A DNA stretch of 64,000 nucleotides from the NCBI GenBank assembly GCA_965197645.1, contig OZ240219.1:3104001-3168000 (forward strand). The letters run 5' to 3'. The notes beneath the pieces are model-generated. The model did not search any database and was not told the DNA's origin. It worked only from the letters and a program-made list of their open reading frames with translations. The stretch comes from Dehalococcoidia bacterium (GTDB lineage: Bacteria; Chloroflexota; Dehalococcoidia; Plut-88900). Of the stretch, positions 9,610-20,989 are shown one piece after another. Position numbers and translations under genes: made by a program. Position 1 is the stretch's first letter. Each line of letters begins with the position of its first letter.

Positions 9610-10374
9610 ATGCTCAAGCTGGGCTGGTTCTCCACGGGCAGGGGACCGGGCTCGCGTAACCTGCTCACCACCGTCAACGATGCTATCTCCCGCGGCTACA
9701 TCGATGCCCGTATAGAGTTCGTTTTCTCCAATCGTGAGTACGGCGAGGCCGGGGGCAGCGACGAGTTTCAAGACCTGGTACAGAGCCTGGGTCTGGACCT
9801 GGCCTGCCTTTCCTTTCGCAGGTTCAAGCGGGAGTGGCCCGGCGACCAGTGGCGCAATCGCTACGACCGGGAAGTGATCGCCAAACTGGCCAGCTTTCAC
9901 CCCGACCTGTGCGTCCTGGCCGGCTATATGCTCATCCTCAGCCCCGAGCTCTGCAACCATTACACCTGCATCAACCTCCATCCCGCAGCGCCCGGCGCTC
10001 CCGAAGGCACCTGGCAAGAGGTAATCTGGAAGCTAATCGACCAGCGAGCCGCCCACAGCGGCATAAGGATTCACCTGGTGACGGAGGAGCTGGACCAGGG
10101 TCCGATAGTGACTTACTGTACCTACCCGATAATCGGGCTCGAGTTCGACAATCTATGGGCCGGAGTAGAAGGCAGGTCTGCGGAAGTGATTCAGGCGGAA
10201 GAGGGGGAGGAATTGCCGCTGTTCAAAACCATTCGGGAGGAGGGAGCAAAGAGGGAGCTCCCCCTTCTCGTTGAGACTATCAGGTCGGTTGCAGACGGCT
10301 CTATAGACCTGACCTCAAACGCGGCCATTAGGCCCTTGGACCTGACCCAGTCTATCGAGGCGAGCCTGGGTTGA
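9610..10374 (+). CDS. purN: Phosphoribosylglycinamide formyltransferase (PurN-like)
   Basis: VFSNRE, LAGYM.ILS, INLHPA, IHLVTEELDQGP. Confidence 0.8.
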   Translation: MLKLGWFSTGRGPGSRNLLTTVNDAISRGYIDARIEFVFSNREYGEAGGSDEFQDLVQSLGLDLACLSFRRFKREWPGDQWRNRYDREVIAKLASFHPDLCVLAGYMLILSPELCNHYTCINLHPAAPGAPEGTWQEVIWKLIDQRAAHSGIRIHLVTEELDQGPIVTYCTYPIIGLEFDNLWAGVEGRSAEVIQAEEGEELPLFKTIREEGAKRELPLLVETIRSVADGSIDLTSNAAIRPLDLTQSIEASLG

Positions 10375-10403
10375 TGCCGTTGTTAGCCTGAATCCATACC
10401 TTC

Positions 10404-10453
10404 GTCATTGCGAGCCCCGATAAAGTCAGGGCGTGGCAATCTAGCTAGGTTGG
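10404..10453 (+). repeat. REP-like palindromic repeat, module C
   Basis: GTCATTGCGAGCCCCGA....GTCAGGGCGTGGCAATCTAGC; near-identical at 47490 and 63082. Confidence 0.85.
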
Positions 10454-10536
10454 TTAGGACCACTTGTCAAGAGGGTTGGGCTTTCTTCCAAGTGAGCCCG
10501 GCTAGGGGCCAGGCCGGAACGGCTACTCACAGACCG

Positions 10537-11325
10537 CTAGCGGCCTTTGTACTGGGCCTGCCGTTTCTCCGTGAAGGCCAACGGCCCTTCGCGAGCATCA
10601 TCTGTCAAGCGGAGCCGGTTCGATACAAGCTCCTCGAGACGCATGCCCTGCTCCAGCGGCATATCGACTCCCTTGTAAGCCAGCTCTTTGATGGCCCGCA
10701 CCGCCAACGGCCCGTTGCTGTTGATCTTGTCCGCCAGAGCTTGGGCTTCCGGTAGCAACTCCGAGTGGTCCACGACCTTGTTTACCAGCCCCAGCTGGTG
10801 GGCCTCCTCAGATCCGATCCTGTTGCCGGTTATCAGCAGCTCCAACGCACGACGGAAGGGAATGAATCGAGGCAGACGCTGCGTGCCGCCACCGCCCGGT
10901 AGTATCGCTCTGGTCACCTCCGCCAAGCCGAAGGAGGCGTGCTCGGATGCGATGATGAGGTCACAGGCCATCGCCAGCTCCAAGCCGCCCGCCAGACAGT
11001 AGCCGTTGACCGCAGCGATTATCGGCTTCCAGACCTGCATGGTCCTCCAGTTGATGCTGGCCCGTCGCTGGGGCACCAGGTCGCTGTTCCCTTGGTCTAT
11101 GTGATCGCGGCTTTGGGACATCTCCTTGAGGTCGGCCCCCGCTGAGAAGGCCCGGTCTCCGGCGCCTGTTATGATGGCGCACCAGATATCGGAATCATCC
11201 CGGATCCGCTCCCAGGACTCGCTCAGGGCGTTCCAGGTTTCGGTATCAAGGGCGTTCATCACCTCCGGCCTGTTGATGGTGACGCGGGCCACCCGGTCTC
11301 TTACTTCGAATATGACCTTGGGCAT
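10537..11325 (-). CDS. Enoyl-CoA hydratase/isomerase family protein
   Basis: AFSAGADLKE, KPIIAAVNGYCLAGGLELAMACD, PGGGGTQRLPR. Confidence 0.92.
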   Translation of the reverse strand: MPKVIFEVRDRVARVTINRPEVMNALDTETWNALSESWERIRDDSDIWCAIITGAGDRAFSAGADLKEMSQSRDHIDQGNSDLVPQRRASINWRTMQVWKPIIAAVNGYCLAGGLELAMACDLIIASEHASFGLAEVTRAILPGGGGTQRLPRFIPFRRALELLITGNRIGSEEAHQLGLVNKVVDHSELLPEAQALADKINSNGPLAVRAIKELAYKGVDMPLEQGMRLEELVSNRLRLTDDAREGPLAFTEKRQAQYKGR

Positions 11326-11358
11326 CGGTCCCTCCAGAAGATCTCTGTTTGCAGTGTG

Positions 11359-12165
11359 CTATCGAGCTTTGAACTGGGGTTTACGCTTCTCGGAAAATGC
11401 GGTAGGCCCTTCGAGGGCATCTTCGGTTGTGCTTATCAACTCCGCGAAGGCCTCCTCGAACAATCTAGCCTGGCGATAGTACAGGTTGTACCCGCGATAG
11501 ACGTTTTCCTTGATCGCTCGGACGGCCAGCGGGCCGTTTTCACATATCCTCCGGGCGAGTGCTTCGGCGGTGGACATCACCTCGGCGGCGGGGACCACCC
11601 GGTTGATGAGGCCCGCCCGATGGGCTTCTTTGGCGTCGATACGGTCGCCGGTCAGGAGCAGCTCCATGGCCAGGCAGACCGGCATATATCTGGGGAGCCT
11701 GTCTACTCCCCCGCCGCTGGGGATCGCTCCCCAACGGACCTCCTGAAGCCCGAACTCGGCGTGTTCCGCCGCTACCCTCAGGTCGCAGGCGAGGGCGATC
11801 TCGAGTCCGCCGGCGACGCAGTAGCCGTTTATGGCGGCGATGGCCGGGGTGCTTATCTCCAGATCGAAAATGGAAGGGCGCTTGACGGGTCGTTCAATGG
11901 TGAGGTCTCCACCGGCCCATTCGCTGCTACCCTTTTCCGCCACATCCTTCAGGTCTTGCCCGGTGCAGAAGGCCTTGTCACCGGTGCCGGTTATCACTAT
12001 CACCCAAACGTCTGGGTCTTCGTCCAAATCGAGCCACGTTTGGCCCAGCTGGTCCCAGTGGGCGCCGGTCATGGCGTTGAGCCGTTCGGGACGGTTCATA
12101 GTGATGTAGGCGATGCGGTCCTTTTTTTCGATTAGAAGGTGTTGTCTGATGTCCTCGTCCGGCAT
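11359..12165 (-). CDS. Enoyl-CoA hydratase/isomerase family protein (tandem paralogue)
   Basis: AFCTGQDLKD, IAAINGYCVAGGLEIALACD; SD GGGAGGG before ATG 12165. Confidence 0.92.
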   Translation of the reverse strand: MPDEDIRQHLLIEKKDRIAYITMNRPERLNAMTGAHWDQLGQTWLDLDEDPDVWVIVITGTGDKAFCTGQDLKDVAEKGSSEWAGGDLTIERPVKRPSIFDLEISTPAIAAINGYCVAGGLEIALACDLRVAAEHAEFGLQEVRWGAIPSGGGVDRLPRYMPVCLAMELLLTGDRIDAKEAHRAGLINRVVPAAEVMSTAEALARRICENGPLAVRAIKENVYRGYNLYYRQARLFEEAFAELISTTEDALEGPTAFSEKRKPQFKAR

Positions 12166-12295
12166 TCTTCCCTCCCTGGAAGTGGCTGATCGCAAATGGC
12201 GCGTGGCCGATTTTATCACAGGACAGAGGATCACGGGGGAGGGTCGTGTTGGTACGAGAGGAAACCGGCGGCGGAGAAGAACGGGACAGAACGGC

Positions 12296-13582
12296 CTAGG
12301 CTGTCTTACCCTCGCCCAGGTCGTAGGAGATGGCCTTGCCCTCGGTAGTTAGGAGGAGTGGTGGGCGTTTTCTGGCGATCACGTCGGCATCGACGACGCA
12401 TCTGGCCACGTTGGTCATCGAGGGAACGTCATACATCACGTCTATAAGTGCTTCTTCGATAATCGAGCGGAGACCTCGGGCCCCGGTCTGGTACCGCACG
12501 GCCATGGCGGCCGCCGCCTCCAGGGCATCCGGTTTGAAGACCAGATCGACGTTCTCCAGCTCGAAGATCCGCTCGTACTGCCGGACTATCGCGTTCTTGG
12601 GTTCCGTCAGGATGCGGACCAGGGCCTCTTTGTCCAGCGAGTTTACGCCGACGACTAAGGGCAGCCTGCCGACGAACTCGGGGATCAGGCCGTAGCCCAG
12701 CAGGTCCTCGGGGATCACCTGCCCGATGAGCATGTCGAACTCTTTGGGCACCCTCTGCACCCCGTACTGCGCCGTAAAACCTATGCTCTTGACGTCTTTG
12801 TTTACCCGCTGCTCGATGATGTCCTCCAGCCCGTCGAAGGCGCCTCCGCAGATAAACAGGATGTTCTTGGTGTTGATCTGCAGGTACTCCTGATGGGGGT
12901 GCTTTCGGCCGCCCTGGGGTGGCACATTGGCCACGCACCCTTCGACGACCTTCAGCAACGCCTGCTGCACACCCTCGCCGGTGACATCTCTGGTGATGGA
13001 GGGATTCGGGCTTTTACGAGCTATCTTATCGATCTCATCTATGTAGATGATGCCCTGCTCCGCTCGGGCGATGTCGTACTCGGCGGCCTGTATCAGACGG
13101 AGCAGGATGTTCTCGACGTCTTCGCCCACATATCCCGCCTCCGTCAGAGTCGTAGCGTCGGAGATGGCGAAGGGGACATCCAGCACCTTCGCCAGGGTCT
13201 GGGCTAGCAGGGTCTTGCCGCATCCGGTGGGACCGACCATGAGGATGTTGGTCTTGTCCAGCTCCACATCCGAGTCGTCTTTGCTGTTGATGCGCTTGTA
13301 GTGGTTGTAGACGGCCACACTCAGCACTTTCTTGGCTCGGTCTTGGCCCACTACGTACTGGCTCAGCTCCTCGAAAAGCTGTTTGGGCGTCGGAGCGCTT
13401 TCGATGAAAAGGGACTTCTCCGACGATGCTTGCTCTTCATCGATGAGCTGTTGGCACAGCTGAATGCAGCCATCGCAGATGAAGGTCATCCCTTGCCCCG
13501 CGATGAGACGCCGGACCTCGTTCTGACCCTTGGAGCAGAACGAGCAGGTGTAGTTGGTGCTGGAACTGTTTGAGTCAGCCAT
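12296..13582 (-). CDS. clpX: ATP-dependent Clp protease ATP-binding subunit ClpX
   Basis: CSFC zinc finger, [25 protein letters not shown] loop. Confidence 0.98.
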   Translation of the reverse strand: MADSNSSSTNYTCSFCSKGQNEVRRLIAGQGMTFICDGCIQLCQQLIDEEQASSEKSLFIESAPTPKQLFEELSQYVVGQDRAKKVLSVAVYNHYKRINSKDDSDVELDKTNILMVGPTGCGKTLLAQTLAKVLDVPFAISDATTLTEAGYVGEDVENILLRLIQAAEYDIARAEQGIIYIDEIDKIARKSPNPSITRDVTGEGVQQALLKVVEGCVANVPPQGGRKHPHQEYLQINTKNILFICGGAFDGLEDIIEQRVNKDVKSIGFTAQYGVQRVPKEFDMLIGQVIPEDLLGYGLIPEFVGRLPLVVGVNSLDKEALVRILTEPKNAIVRQYERIFELENVDLVFKPDALEAAAAMAVRYQTGARGLRSIIEEALIDVMYDVPSMTNVARCVVDADVIARKRPPLLLTTEGKAISYDLGEGKTA

Positions 13583-13614
13583 GATACCTCAAGACCGAGA
13601 AGGAAACGGCCCGA

Positions 13615-14241
13615 TCAGGCGGTCTTCTGCTCTTCCTTCTCGGCCTCTCCACCCAGAATTTCATCTACTAGGCCGTACTCCTGGGCCCGCTCAGGTGTAA
13701 GGTAGAAGTCCCTATCGGTGTCCCGAGCGATCTTATCGTAGTCCTGGCCCGTGTTACTGGACAGAATGGTGCGGATCTTGTCCTGAAGCCGGACTATTTC
13801 TTTGGCTGCTATCTCTATATCGGATGCCTGACCCTGGGCACCACCCATGGGCTGGTGCATGTGAACGGTGGAGTTGGGCAGTGCATATCGCTTGCCCTTC
13901 TCCCCCCCGCTCAGCAGCACGGTGCCCATGCTGGCGGCCATGCCGATGCAGATGGCGGATACGTCACAACGGATCAGCCGCATGGTGTCGTAGATGGCCA
14001 GACCGGAGCTGATGACGCCTCCGGGACAGTTGATATAGAGGCTGATGTCTTTTTCAGGGTCTTCCCGCTCTAGATACAGTAGCTGGGCAACGATCAGATT
14101 GGCGACCTGATCGTTGATGGGGGTGCCCAGGAATACCACCCGTTCTTTGAGCAGGAGGGAGTAGATATCGAAGGCCCTATCTCCCCTGGCCCCACTTTCG
14201 ATGATCATGGGAATGATGTTCTCAGCTTGCATTGGGTTCAT
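13615..14241 (-). CDS. clpP: Clp protease proteolytic subunit
   Basis: [23 protein letters not shown]; between tig and clpX. Confidence 0.97.
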   Translation of the reverse strand: MNPMQAENIIPMIIESGARGDRAFDIYSLLLKERVVFLGTPINDQVANLIVAQLLYLEREDPEKDISLYINCPGGVISSGLAIYDTMRLIRCDVSAICIGMAASMGTVLLSGGEKGKRYALPNSTVHMHQPMGGAQGQASDIEIAAKEIVRLQDKIRTILSSNTGQDYDKIARDTDRDFYLTPERAQEYGLVDEILGGEAEKEEQKTA

Positions 14242-15574
14242 CGCCTTTCTCCTCGGTAGTTTCTTCGTTAGCCTGTTCCGGCTCTGAAGGAGGCTCTTCA
14301 CTCTGTGCGATACTCTTCAACGCCTCCAACGATTTCCTCATAAGTATAGACTGCCTTACAGAGGAGCGGGCCTCCTCTCTAAGGAGCTGCTCCCTCACTT
14401 CCTGCCCCCTCTCCCCGGCCGACTCCACCATCTGCCTGATCTCTTGCTGTACCTCTTTCTCTTCGACGGTGACCTTTTCCTCCTCGGACAGCTTGTTCAG
14501 CAGCAGCGAGGTAGTGACACGTTTATCGGCCAGTTCCTTGAAGCCATCCCTGAGCTCTTCGACGGTCTTGCCGATGGCTTTGAGGTAGTTGTCGTACTTG
14601 AGACCTCGAGCTGCCAGGGCCCGGGCCTCGTCCATGATGATGTGGTCTATCTCCCTCTCACGAAGGACCGGGGGCGCCTGAATGCTGGCCTTGCTTTTCA
14701 GTGCCTCGACCAGGGCGTCCTCGTACTTCCCTTCCGCTTCGTGCTCGGCGTGGGTCTCCAGGTCCTCCCGTATGCTTGCTCTCAGGGACTCCAGGTCGTC
14801 GTGCTCGTCTCCAAGACTTTTTGCGAAATCGTCGTCCAGGGGCGCCAGCTCCTTTGCCTTGGTCTCGTGGACGGTTACCTCGAAGAGGCACTCCTTGCCG
14901 ACCAAGTCCTTGTCCGAGTAGCTCTCGGGCATAGTCAGGGTGAACTGCTTGGGCTCGCCGACTGTCATGTTCTCCAGCTGCTCGGAGAACCCGGGGACCG
15001 GCTCGGGAGAACCGGCGGTGGGGTTGAAGGACACGCCTTCTTCACCTATCACAGTCTTCCCATCCACCTTCCCTTGCACATCCAGCGTAACCATGTCTCC
15101 AAGCTTGACCGGCCCCTCGGAGGGCTGCCAAGGCGCCCGTCGATACCGTATCTCCTCCAGGGTGTTCTCAACCTGCTCCGGCGATATCTCCGCCTCCTCT
15201 TTGAGGGTGCGGATGGACTTGTAGTCGCCCAACTCAACGATAGGCTTCAGTGATACGGTGGCCTTGAGCTTCACCGGGTCTCGCTCCACCACCTCCACAT
15301 CGGGGTTATCGAGCGCGTTCAAGTCCTGCTCTTCGATGGCCTTGGTGACCACGGTGGGTGCGAGCTCATCAAGGGCCTCGTCCAGGAGGACGTCCTTGCC
15401 TACAAAGCTCTGGAGGACCGTCCGGGGCGCTTTGCCGGGGCGAAAACCGGGTATTCTTACCCGCTGCACCAGCCGTTTGTAGGTCTGCTGGACCGAGTGC
15501 TCTACCTCTTCTCCGTCCACCTCTATGTTGAGTATTACCTGGCAGTCAGGAAGATTTTCAGCGGTGATCTTCAA
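14222..15574 (-). CDS. tig: Trigger factor
   Basis: [10 protein letters not shown] signature; tig-clpP-clpX order. Confidence 0.95.
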   Translation of the reverse strand: MKITAENLPDCQVILNIEVDGEEVEHSVQQTYKRLVQRVRIPGFRPGKAPRTVLQSFVGKDVLLDEALDELAPTVVTKAIEEQDLNALDNPDVEVVERDPVKLKATVSLKPIVELGDYKSIRTLKEEAEISPEQVENTLEEIRYRRAPWQPSEGPVKLGDMVTLDVQGKVDGKTVIGEEGVSFNPTAGSPEPVPGFSEQLENMTVGEPKQFTLTMPESYSDKDLVGKECLFEVTVHETKAKELAPLDDDFAKSLGDEHDDLESLRASIREDLETHAEHEAEGKYEDALVEALKSKASIQAPPVLREREIDHIIMDEARALAARGLKYDNYLKAIGKTVEELRDGFKELADKRVTTSLLLNKLSEEEKVTVEEKEVQQEIRQMVESAGERGQEVREQLLREEARSSVRQSILMRKSLEALKSIAQSEEPPSEPEQANEETTEEKGDEPNAS

Positions 15575-15644
15575 TTATCGACCTCAATGCATTGGTGATG
15601 AATTATAGCACGTGGGGGCCATCAGCCCGCTCGAAGTAGCCGGC

Positions 15645-17432
15645 TCACGGCTCAGGCAGTCTCAAATGCAGCTCTTTGAGCTGCTGAGCGTCGACGGGTG
15701 ACGGAGCATCGGTCATCAGGTCTATAGCCGCCTGGTTCTTGGGGAAGGCGATGGTCTCCCTGATGCTGTTTTCCCCTGCCAGAATAGCGACCCATCTGTC
15801 CAGCCCGGCCCCGATTCCCCCGTGGGGCGGAGCGCCGTATTCGAAGGCCTCCAGCATGTGACCGAACCGGGCCAGGGCGTCTTCCTCCGAGTAGTTCAGC
15901 AGCGAAAACACCTTCTGCTGCAGCTCCCGGTTGTGGATGCGGATGCTTCCACTGAGCAGCTCCTGGCCGTTGCAGACCATATCGTAGCTTCTGGCGCGCA
16001 CCGCACCGGGGTCTGAGTCCAGCAGGCTGACGTCCTCAGGATTAGGGGAGGTGAAGGGGTGATGGTTGGACTCCCATCTTCGGGCCTCCTCGTCCCACTC
16101 CACCAGGGGCTGATCGATGATGAACAGGAAAGCGAGCTCATCAGGGTCTACTAGGCCCAACCTTTCGCCCATCTCCTGCCTCAAAGCGGCCAGGGCGGTG
16201 TTGGTCACTTTTTCCGGCCCGGCCATTATCAGCAGCAGGTCGCCTTGACTCCCCTCCAAGCGTACTATCAGCTCCTTCAGCTTCTCCTCGCTGAGGTGCC
16301 TGGAAGCGATGGAGCGGACCTTTTGGGGGTCGAAGGAGTCGTCGATAGGTCCCTCGAGGGCCATGGTGACCAGGCCCTGCGCGCCGCGAGCCTTGACGAA
16401 TTCGGTAAGCTCGTCCGTTTGTCTCCTGGTGTAGCCGGCACACCCCGGGGCCCTGAGGCCTTTGACTATCCCGCCGTCCGCGACCGTTGCGCTAAACACC
16501 TTGAACCCCGAGTTTTCGGCCAGGTCGGTAAGACCGACAAGCTCCAGTCCGAAACGGAGGTCCGGCTTGTCGGAGCCGTACCGCTCCATCACGTCGGCAT
16601 AGGGCAGGCGGGGAAAGGGCTTGTTGAGCTTCTTGCCGGGCGTCACCGATTCGGCCATAGTGGAGTAGAGCGACTCCATCAAGCCGAGGATATCGTTCTC
16701 GTCGATGAAGCTCATCTCCAGGTCCAGCTGGGTGAACTCGGGTTGCCTGTCGGCCCGCTGGTCCTCGTCCCGGAAGCACCGGGCAATCTGGAAGTACTTC
16801 TCAAAACCGGCCACCATCAGTAGCTGCTTGAGCTGCTGAGGCGACTGAGGCAGCGCGTACATCGAGCCGGGATAAAGGCGGCTGGGAACCAGGTAGTCCC
16901 TGGCGCCCTCGGGGGTGCTCTTTATCAGGACCGGCGTCTCTATCTCGAGGAAGTCCTCCCTGTCCAGGAAGTCCCTGATGTACTTGACCACCTTGTGACG
17001 TAGGTGGATGTTATTCTGCATCCTGGCTCGCCGCAGGTCCAGGTAGCGATACTTGAGCCGCAACGATTCGTCGACCTCCACCTCTTCGTTGATGTAGAAG
17101 GGCGGGGTCTTGGAGGAGTTGAGCACCTCAGGCTCCAGGGCGATGACCTCTATCTCACCTGTGTCCAGATTTTTGTTCTCGGTACCCTTGGGACGCAGAG
17201 CAACCTTGCCGCCGACCTTGACTACCCACTCGTTTCGAAAGGAGGAGGCGACTTGATGGGCCTCGGAGGATGTGTCGGGATTGAAGACCACCTGGGCAAC
17301 GCCGGACCTGTCTCGAAGCTCGATGAAGATCAAGCCCCCCAGGTCTCTTCTGCGGTGGACCCAGCCGGCCAGGACGACGTCGGCGCCCACGTCTTCTTTT
17401 CGCAACTCGCCACACCTATGGGTCTTCAGCAC
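15645..17432 (-). CDS. aspS: Aspartate--tRNA ligase
   Basis: RLKYRYLDLRR, TPEGARDY, CFRDED.RADRQPEFTQ, GAPPHGG. Confidence 0.97.
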   Translation of the reverse strand: MLKTHRCGELRKEDVGADVVLAGWVHRRRDLGGLIFIELRDRSGVAQVVFNPDTSSEAHQVASSFRNEWVVKVGGKVALRPKGTENKNLDTGEIEVIALEPEVLNSSKTPPFYINEEVEVDESLRLKYRYLDLRRARMQNNIHLRHKVVKYIRDFLDREDFLEIETPVLIKSTPEGARDYLVPSRLYPGSMYALPQSPQQLKQLLMVAGFEKYFQIARCFRDEDQRADRQPEFTQLDLEMSFIDENDILGLMESLYSTMAESVTPGKKLNKPFPRLPYADVMERYGSDKPDLRFGLELVGLTDLAENSGFKVFSATVADGGIVKGLRAPGCAGYTRRQTDELTEFVKARGAQGLVTMALEGPIDDSFDPQKVRSIASRHLSEEKLKELIVRLEGSQGDLLLIMAGPEKVTNTALAALRQEMGERLGLVDPDELAFLFIIDQPLVEWDEEARRWESNHHPFTSPNPEDVSLLDSDPGAVRARSYDMVCNGQELLSGSIRIHNRELQQKVFSLLNYSEEDALARFGHMLEAFEYGAPPHGGIGAGLDRWVAILAGENSIRETIAFPKNQAAIDLMTDAPSPVDAQQLKELHLRLPEP

Positions 17433-17588
17433 TTGGTCTTACCTTTCATCACGCAATCCATCCGGTAACAGAACCTTGTAGACATTCCGGCAGATTATAT
17501 GTGATGGAGCCGAAATCTTTCAACGAGCGGATGGCGTGGACGCGCCAAGGCGGGGTTCGAGGAAATGGAGAAGGAGGGAGGAAAGGGG

Positions 17589-18611
17589 TTAGATGTACCC
17601 TTCGAGTCTGTCCTTGATCCGGGAGTCGCGAAGCTGTTTGAGGGCGCCGCTCTGAATCTGGCGGACCCGCTCCCGGGTGATGCCTAGAGTGTGTCCGACC
17701 TCTTTCAGGGTGTACTCCCGGCCATCTCTCAAGCCGTATCTCAGCTCCATTACCTCCCGTTCACGGGGGGTGAGAACTTCGAGCACCCTGTCCAAGTCCT
17801 CCCTCAGAAGCCGCTCGGATGCTTCGTCGCTGGGAGAAGGCGTTTTGGTGTCGCTGATGAAGTCCCCTATGAACAAGCCGTTCTCACCTCTAGGCTGGTC
17901 CAGGGATATGCCCTGCTGCCAGGCCATCATCACCCGCTCCACCTTGGAGACGTCTATCCCGGTCTCGGTGGCGACCTCCTCGGCGGTGGGCCTGCGCTCC
18001 AGTTTCTGGACCATCGACTGGACGGCCTTGTCCACCTTGGTGGCGAGCTCGCCCAGATGAACGGGCAGACGGATCAGGTGGCCATGGTCCGTCAACGCCC
18101 GCATAACGGCCTGACGGATCCACCAGGTAGCATAGGTGCTGAAACGGAATCCACGGCTGTAATCGTACTTCTCTACGGCTCTCATCAAACCGAGATTACC
18201 CTCCTGGATCAGGTCCAGAAGCGGCAGTCCCTTGCCCTGATACTTCTTGGCTATGCTTACAACCAGCCTCAGGTTGGACTCGATGAGCCGCCGGCGAGCG
18301 GACTCGCTAACGGTGATCGACTGCTCCAGCTTATCGGCGACGTCGGAGCTGTGAGCACTCTCGGTAAGGGCCTCTTTGGCGTAGTTTCCCTGCTCTATCG
18401 CCTTGGCAAGGACAACCTCCTCTTCGGCGGTCAACAGCTCGGCGGCGCCAATCTCACGCAGGTAGTCCTTGATCGGCTCATAGGACGGCGCCTCTTCCGA
18501 GGGATCTTTGACGATATTTCCCGACCGGACGGACGCGGTGCCAGCCGGGGAGTTCTCGATCAGCTCGATAAGCTCTGCGAAGGGGTCTTTTACTTTGGTT
18601 GGCGAGTTCAT
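17589..18611 (-). CDS. RNA polymerase sigma-70 factor, RpoD/SigA family (no region 1.1)
   Basis: NLRLVVSIAKKY, DLIQEGN.GLMRAVEK, FSTYATWWIRQ, TRERVRQI. Confidence 0.93.
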   Translation of the reverse strand: MNSPTKVKDPFAELIELIENSPAGTASVRSGNIVKDPSEEAPSYEPIKDYLREIGAAELLTAEEEVVLAKAIEQGNYAKEALTESAHSSDVADKLEQSITVSESARRRLIESNLRLVVSIAKKYQGKGLPLLDLIQEGNLGLMRAVEKYDYSRGFRFSTYATWWIRQAVMRALTDHGHLIRLPVHLGELATKVDKAVQSMVQKLERRPTAEEVATETGIDVSKVERVMMAWQQGISLDQPRGENGLFIGDFISDTKTPSPSDEASERLLREDLDRVLEVLTPREREVMELRYGLRDGREYTLKEVGHTLGITRERVRQIQSGALKQLRDSRIKDRLEGYI

Positions 18612-18653
18612 CGTAGGTTCCTTGGCCCCTGTTTCATGCCTGTTTACGCCTAT

Positions 18654-18704
18654 AATGTACCATTCCTAGGTAATTTTGTCAATATTTATTATAAAAATTA
18701 TTAA
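18654..18704 (-). promoter_or_regulatory. Sigma70-type promoter with AT-rich UP element for the sigma factor gene
   Basis: Minus strand TTGACA(18682-18677)-17nt-TACATT(18659-18654), preceded by an almost pure A/T tract. Confidence 0.7.
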
Positions 18705-18780
18705 TCGTGCCGTGGGGCGGTTGGATACGGACTGGATGCCGGCCAGTGGTGGGTAAATGTAGGTGGAGAAGGGGCGCGAG

Positions 18781-19767
18781 TCAGGCTCTCTGCGGGGTCG
18801 TGTGCTGGGTCGAACACCTAGGGCCGGTGATCAGCAGATGGCGGGGGGCGGTCTGCTCCTCTTGAGCACTTAACGCAGGGACGTCACCCTTGGAGAGCTT
18901 GGCCGCCTTCAACGTATTCACCAGGAGCATGGCGACAGTCAAAGGCCCTACGCCGCCAGGCACGGGGGTTATGGCCTTGGCCACGTCCTTCACGCCCTCG
19001 AAATCCACGTCTCCCACCAGCCTGTAGCCCCTCTTCCTCATAGGGTCCTTCAGCCGGTGGATTCCAACGTCAACTACCACGGCGCCTTCCTTGACCATAT
19101 CAACGGTGATGCTGTGGGGGCTGCCCGTGGCCGCCACAAGGATATCGCCGAGTCGGGTGATCTCGGGCAGGTTCTTGGTGACGGTGTGGCAGACGGTCAC
19201 GGTAGCGTTGGCGCCCACCTCCTTCTGAAGCAGGGCAGCCGCCAGCGGCCGGCCGACGACGGTGCTTCGACCGCAGATCACCACGTGCTTTCCATCGGGG
19301 GGATGACCTGCCGCCAGCAACATGTGGTGAACGGCAGCGGGGGTGCAGGGCACGAAGCGGGGAGCGCCGGAAAGCAGCAGGCCCACGTTGGTGGGGTGAA
19401 GACCATCCACGTCTTTCAGGGGGTCCACAGCCTCGATGACCTTCATGGTGTCGATATGCACGGGCAAAGGCAGCTGGACCAGAATGCCATGGAACTTGGG
19501 GGAGACGTTGAGCTCATCGATGAGGTGTAGAAGCTCCCCCTCTCCCGTATCAGCGGGAAGGTTGAAGGTGGCGGTGTCGATGCCGGCGTCCTGGGCCGCC
19601 TTCTCTTTGGCCGAGACGTAGGAAGACGACGCCGGATCGTCGCCTACCAGGACAACGGCCAGCCCCGGTGTGATCTCGGAACTGCGGACCAGCTCGGAGG
19701 TCTCATGTCTAACCGACTCCCGCACTGTTCCGGCTATCTTCTTTCCGTCGATTATCTCGGCTGTCAT
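18781..19767 (-). CDS. folD: Methylenetetrahydrofolate dehydrogenase/cyclohydrolase
   Basis: GILVQLPLP, KDVDGLHP, PCTP, TPVPGGVGPLT. Confidence 0.96.
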   Translation of the reverse strand: MTAEIIDGKKIAGTVRESVRHETSELVRSSEITPGLAVVLVGDDPASSSYVSAKEKAAQDAGIDTATFNLPADTGEGELLHLIDELNVSPKFHGILVQLPLPVHIDTMKVIEAVDPLKDVDGLHPTNVGLLLSGAPRFVPCTPAAVHHMLLAAGHPPDGKHVVICGRSTVVGRPLAAALLQKEVGANATVTVCHTVTKNLPEITRLGDILVAATGSPHSITVDMVKEGAVVVDVGIHRLKDPMRKRGYRLVGDVDFEGVKDVAKAITPVPGGVGPLTVAMLLVNTLKAAKLSKGDVPALSAQEEQTAPRHLLITGPRCSTQHTTPQRA

Positions 19768-19782
19768 TTCCAGGTCCTATGA

Positions 19783-19947
19783 CAGGGTGTTTCAACACCC
19801 TTACGACCATCCCCCTGCCCCCCCTTCCTGGCCAGGAAGGGGGGGGGAATTACTATCTGAGGGACACCCTCAGACTCCCCCCTAGCAGGCAGTCCCAGAC
19901 AATGGGCTTTGCCCCTCTGCACACCCCAATTTTCATCAACCAACTAA
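19783..19947 (+). repeat. Intergenic repeat, module B (degenerate MITE-like)
   Basis: Shares CATCCCCC..CTTCCTGGC.AGGAA, GAGGGACACCCTCAGACTCC and CTGCACACCCC with 153-270; left part also at ~31254-31282. Confidence 0.75.
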
Positions 19948-20116
19948 GCACACCGGACGTGGGGTGGGGTCGCCTACCGGAACGCCGCCTGCCACCGGTC
20001 TCTTCCTACGCTGCGGCTTGTGCAAATTGTAACATAATCCGAAAACAGCCCATTACAACACCGGCAGAGAGGGGCCCAATACGGTGCTATAATGAGTGCC
20101 GGTAGACTGGATATTC

Positions 20117-20989
20117 ATGAGCACATTTTCCGAGACCCTGCAATCGGGCTCCTTCGTAGTTACGGCCGAGATGACCCCTCCCAAGGGTACTGACATCTCC
20201 AGGAATATGGCCGATCTGGAGCACCTCAGGACAGTCGATGCCGTCAACATAACCGATCAGAACGCCTCGGTCATGCGACTCGGCCCGATAGCCCTGGGCA
20301 AGATACTGAAGGACCGGGGCATCGAGCCGATCTGCCAGTTCACCTGCAGGGATAGAAACCGGATAGCGCTTCAGTCCGACCTCCTCGGCGCATCCGTTCT
20401 TGGCCTCGAGAACATCCTTTGCCTGACCGGTGATCCTGCCGGCACCGGAGACCACCCCGACGCCAAGCCGGTATTCGATCTGACGGTAATGGACCTCATA
20501 CGGGCGGCCATTGATCTGGAAAACGGTCAGGACCTGGCAGGTAACCAGCTTCACGGCACACCCCATTTCTGCCTCGGCGCCGCGGCAAACCCCGGCGCTC
20601 CCCCCGTGAAGGAGATACCCCGCATGGGGGAGAAGGTGCAGGCCGGCGTCCGGTTCTTCCAGACCCAGGCGGTCTACGACCTGGACGTCTTCGCCGCCTT
20701 TATGAAGGCTGCCGGCCATCTGGGGGTCCCCGTTCTGGCCGGCATAATCGTCCTCAAGTCGGCGAGGATGGCGAGGTACATGAACGAAAACATTCCCGGC
20801 ATCAACGTGCCCGACCATCTGATAGACGAGGTGGACAAAGCCGGCGACAAGGTGAAGAAAGGGATCGAGATCGCTGCCCGAACCATCGATGGGGTGAGGG
20901 ATTTGTGCCAAGGGGTCCACATCATGCCGATGGGATGGGAAAAGGAAGTGCCCAGAATTCTGGAGGAGTGCGGTCTCGGGCAGCCGTGA
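20117..20989 (+). CDS. metF: Methylenetetrahydrofolate reductase
   Basis: TAEMTPPKG, TCRDRNRIALQ, LTGDP, FFQTQAVYD; TGCTATAAT extended -10 upstream. Confidence 0.92.
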   Translation: MSTFSETLQSGSFVVTAEMTPPKGTDISRNMADLEHLRTVDAVNITDQNASVMRLGPIALGKILKDRGIEPICQFTCRDRNRIALQSDLLGASVLGLENILCLTGDPAGTGDHPDAKPVFDLTVMDLIRAAIDLENGQDLAGNQLHGTPHFCLGAAANPGAPPVKEIPRMGEKVQAGVRFFQTQAVYDLDVFAAFMKAAGHLGVPVLAGIIVLKSARMARYMNENIPGINVPDHLIDEVDKAGDKVKKGIEIAARTIDGVRDLCQGVHIMPMGWEKEVPRILEECGLGQP

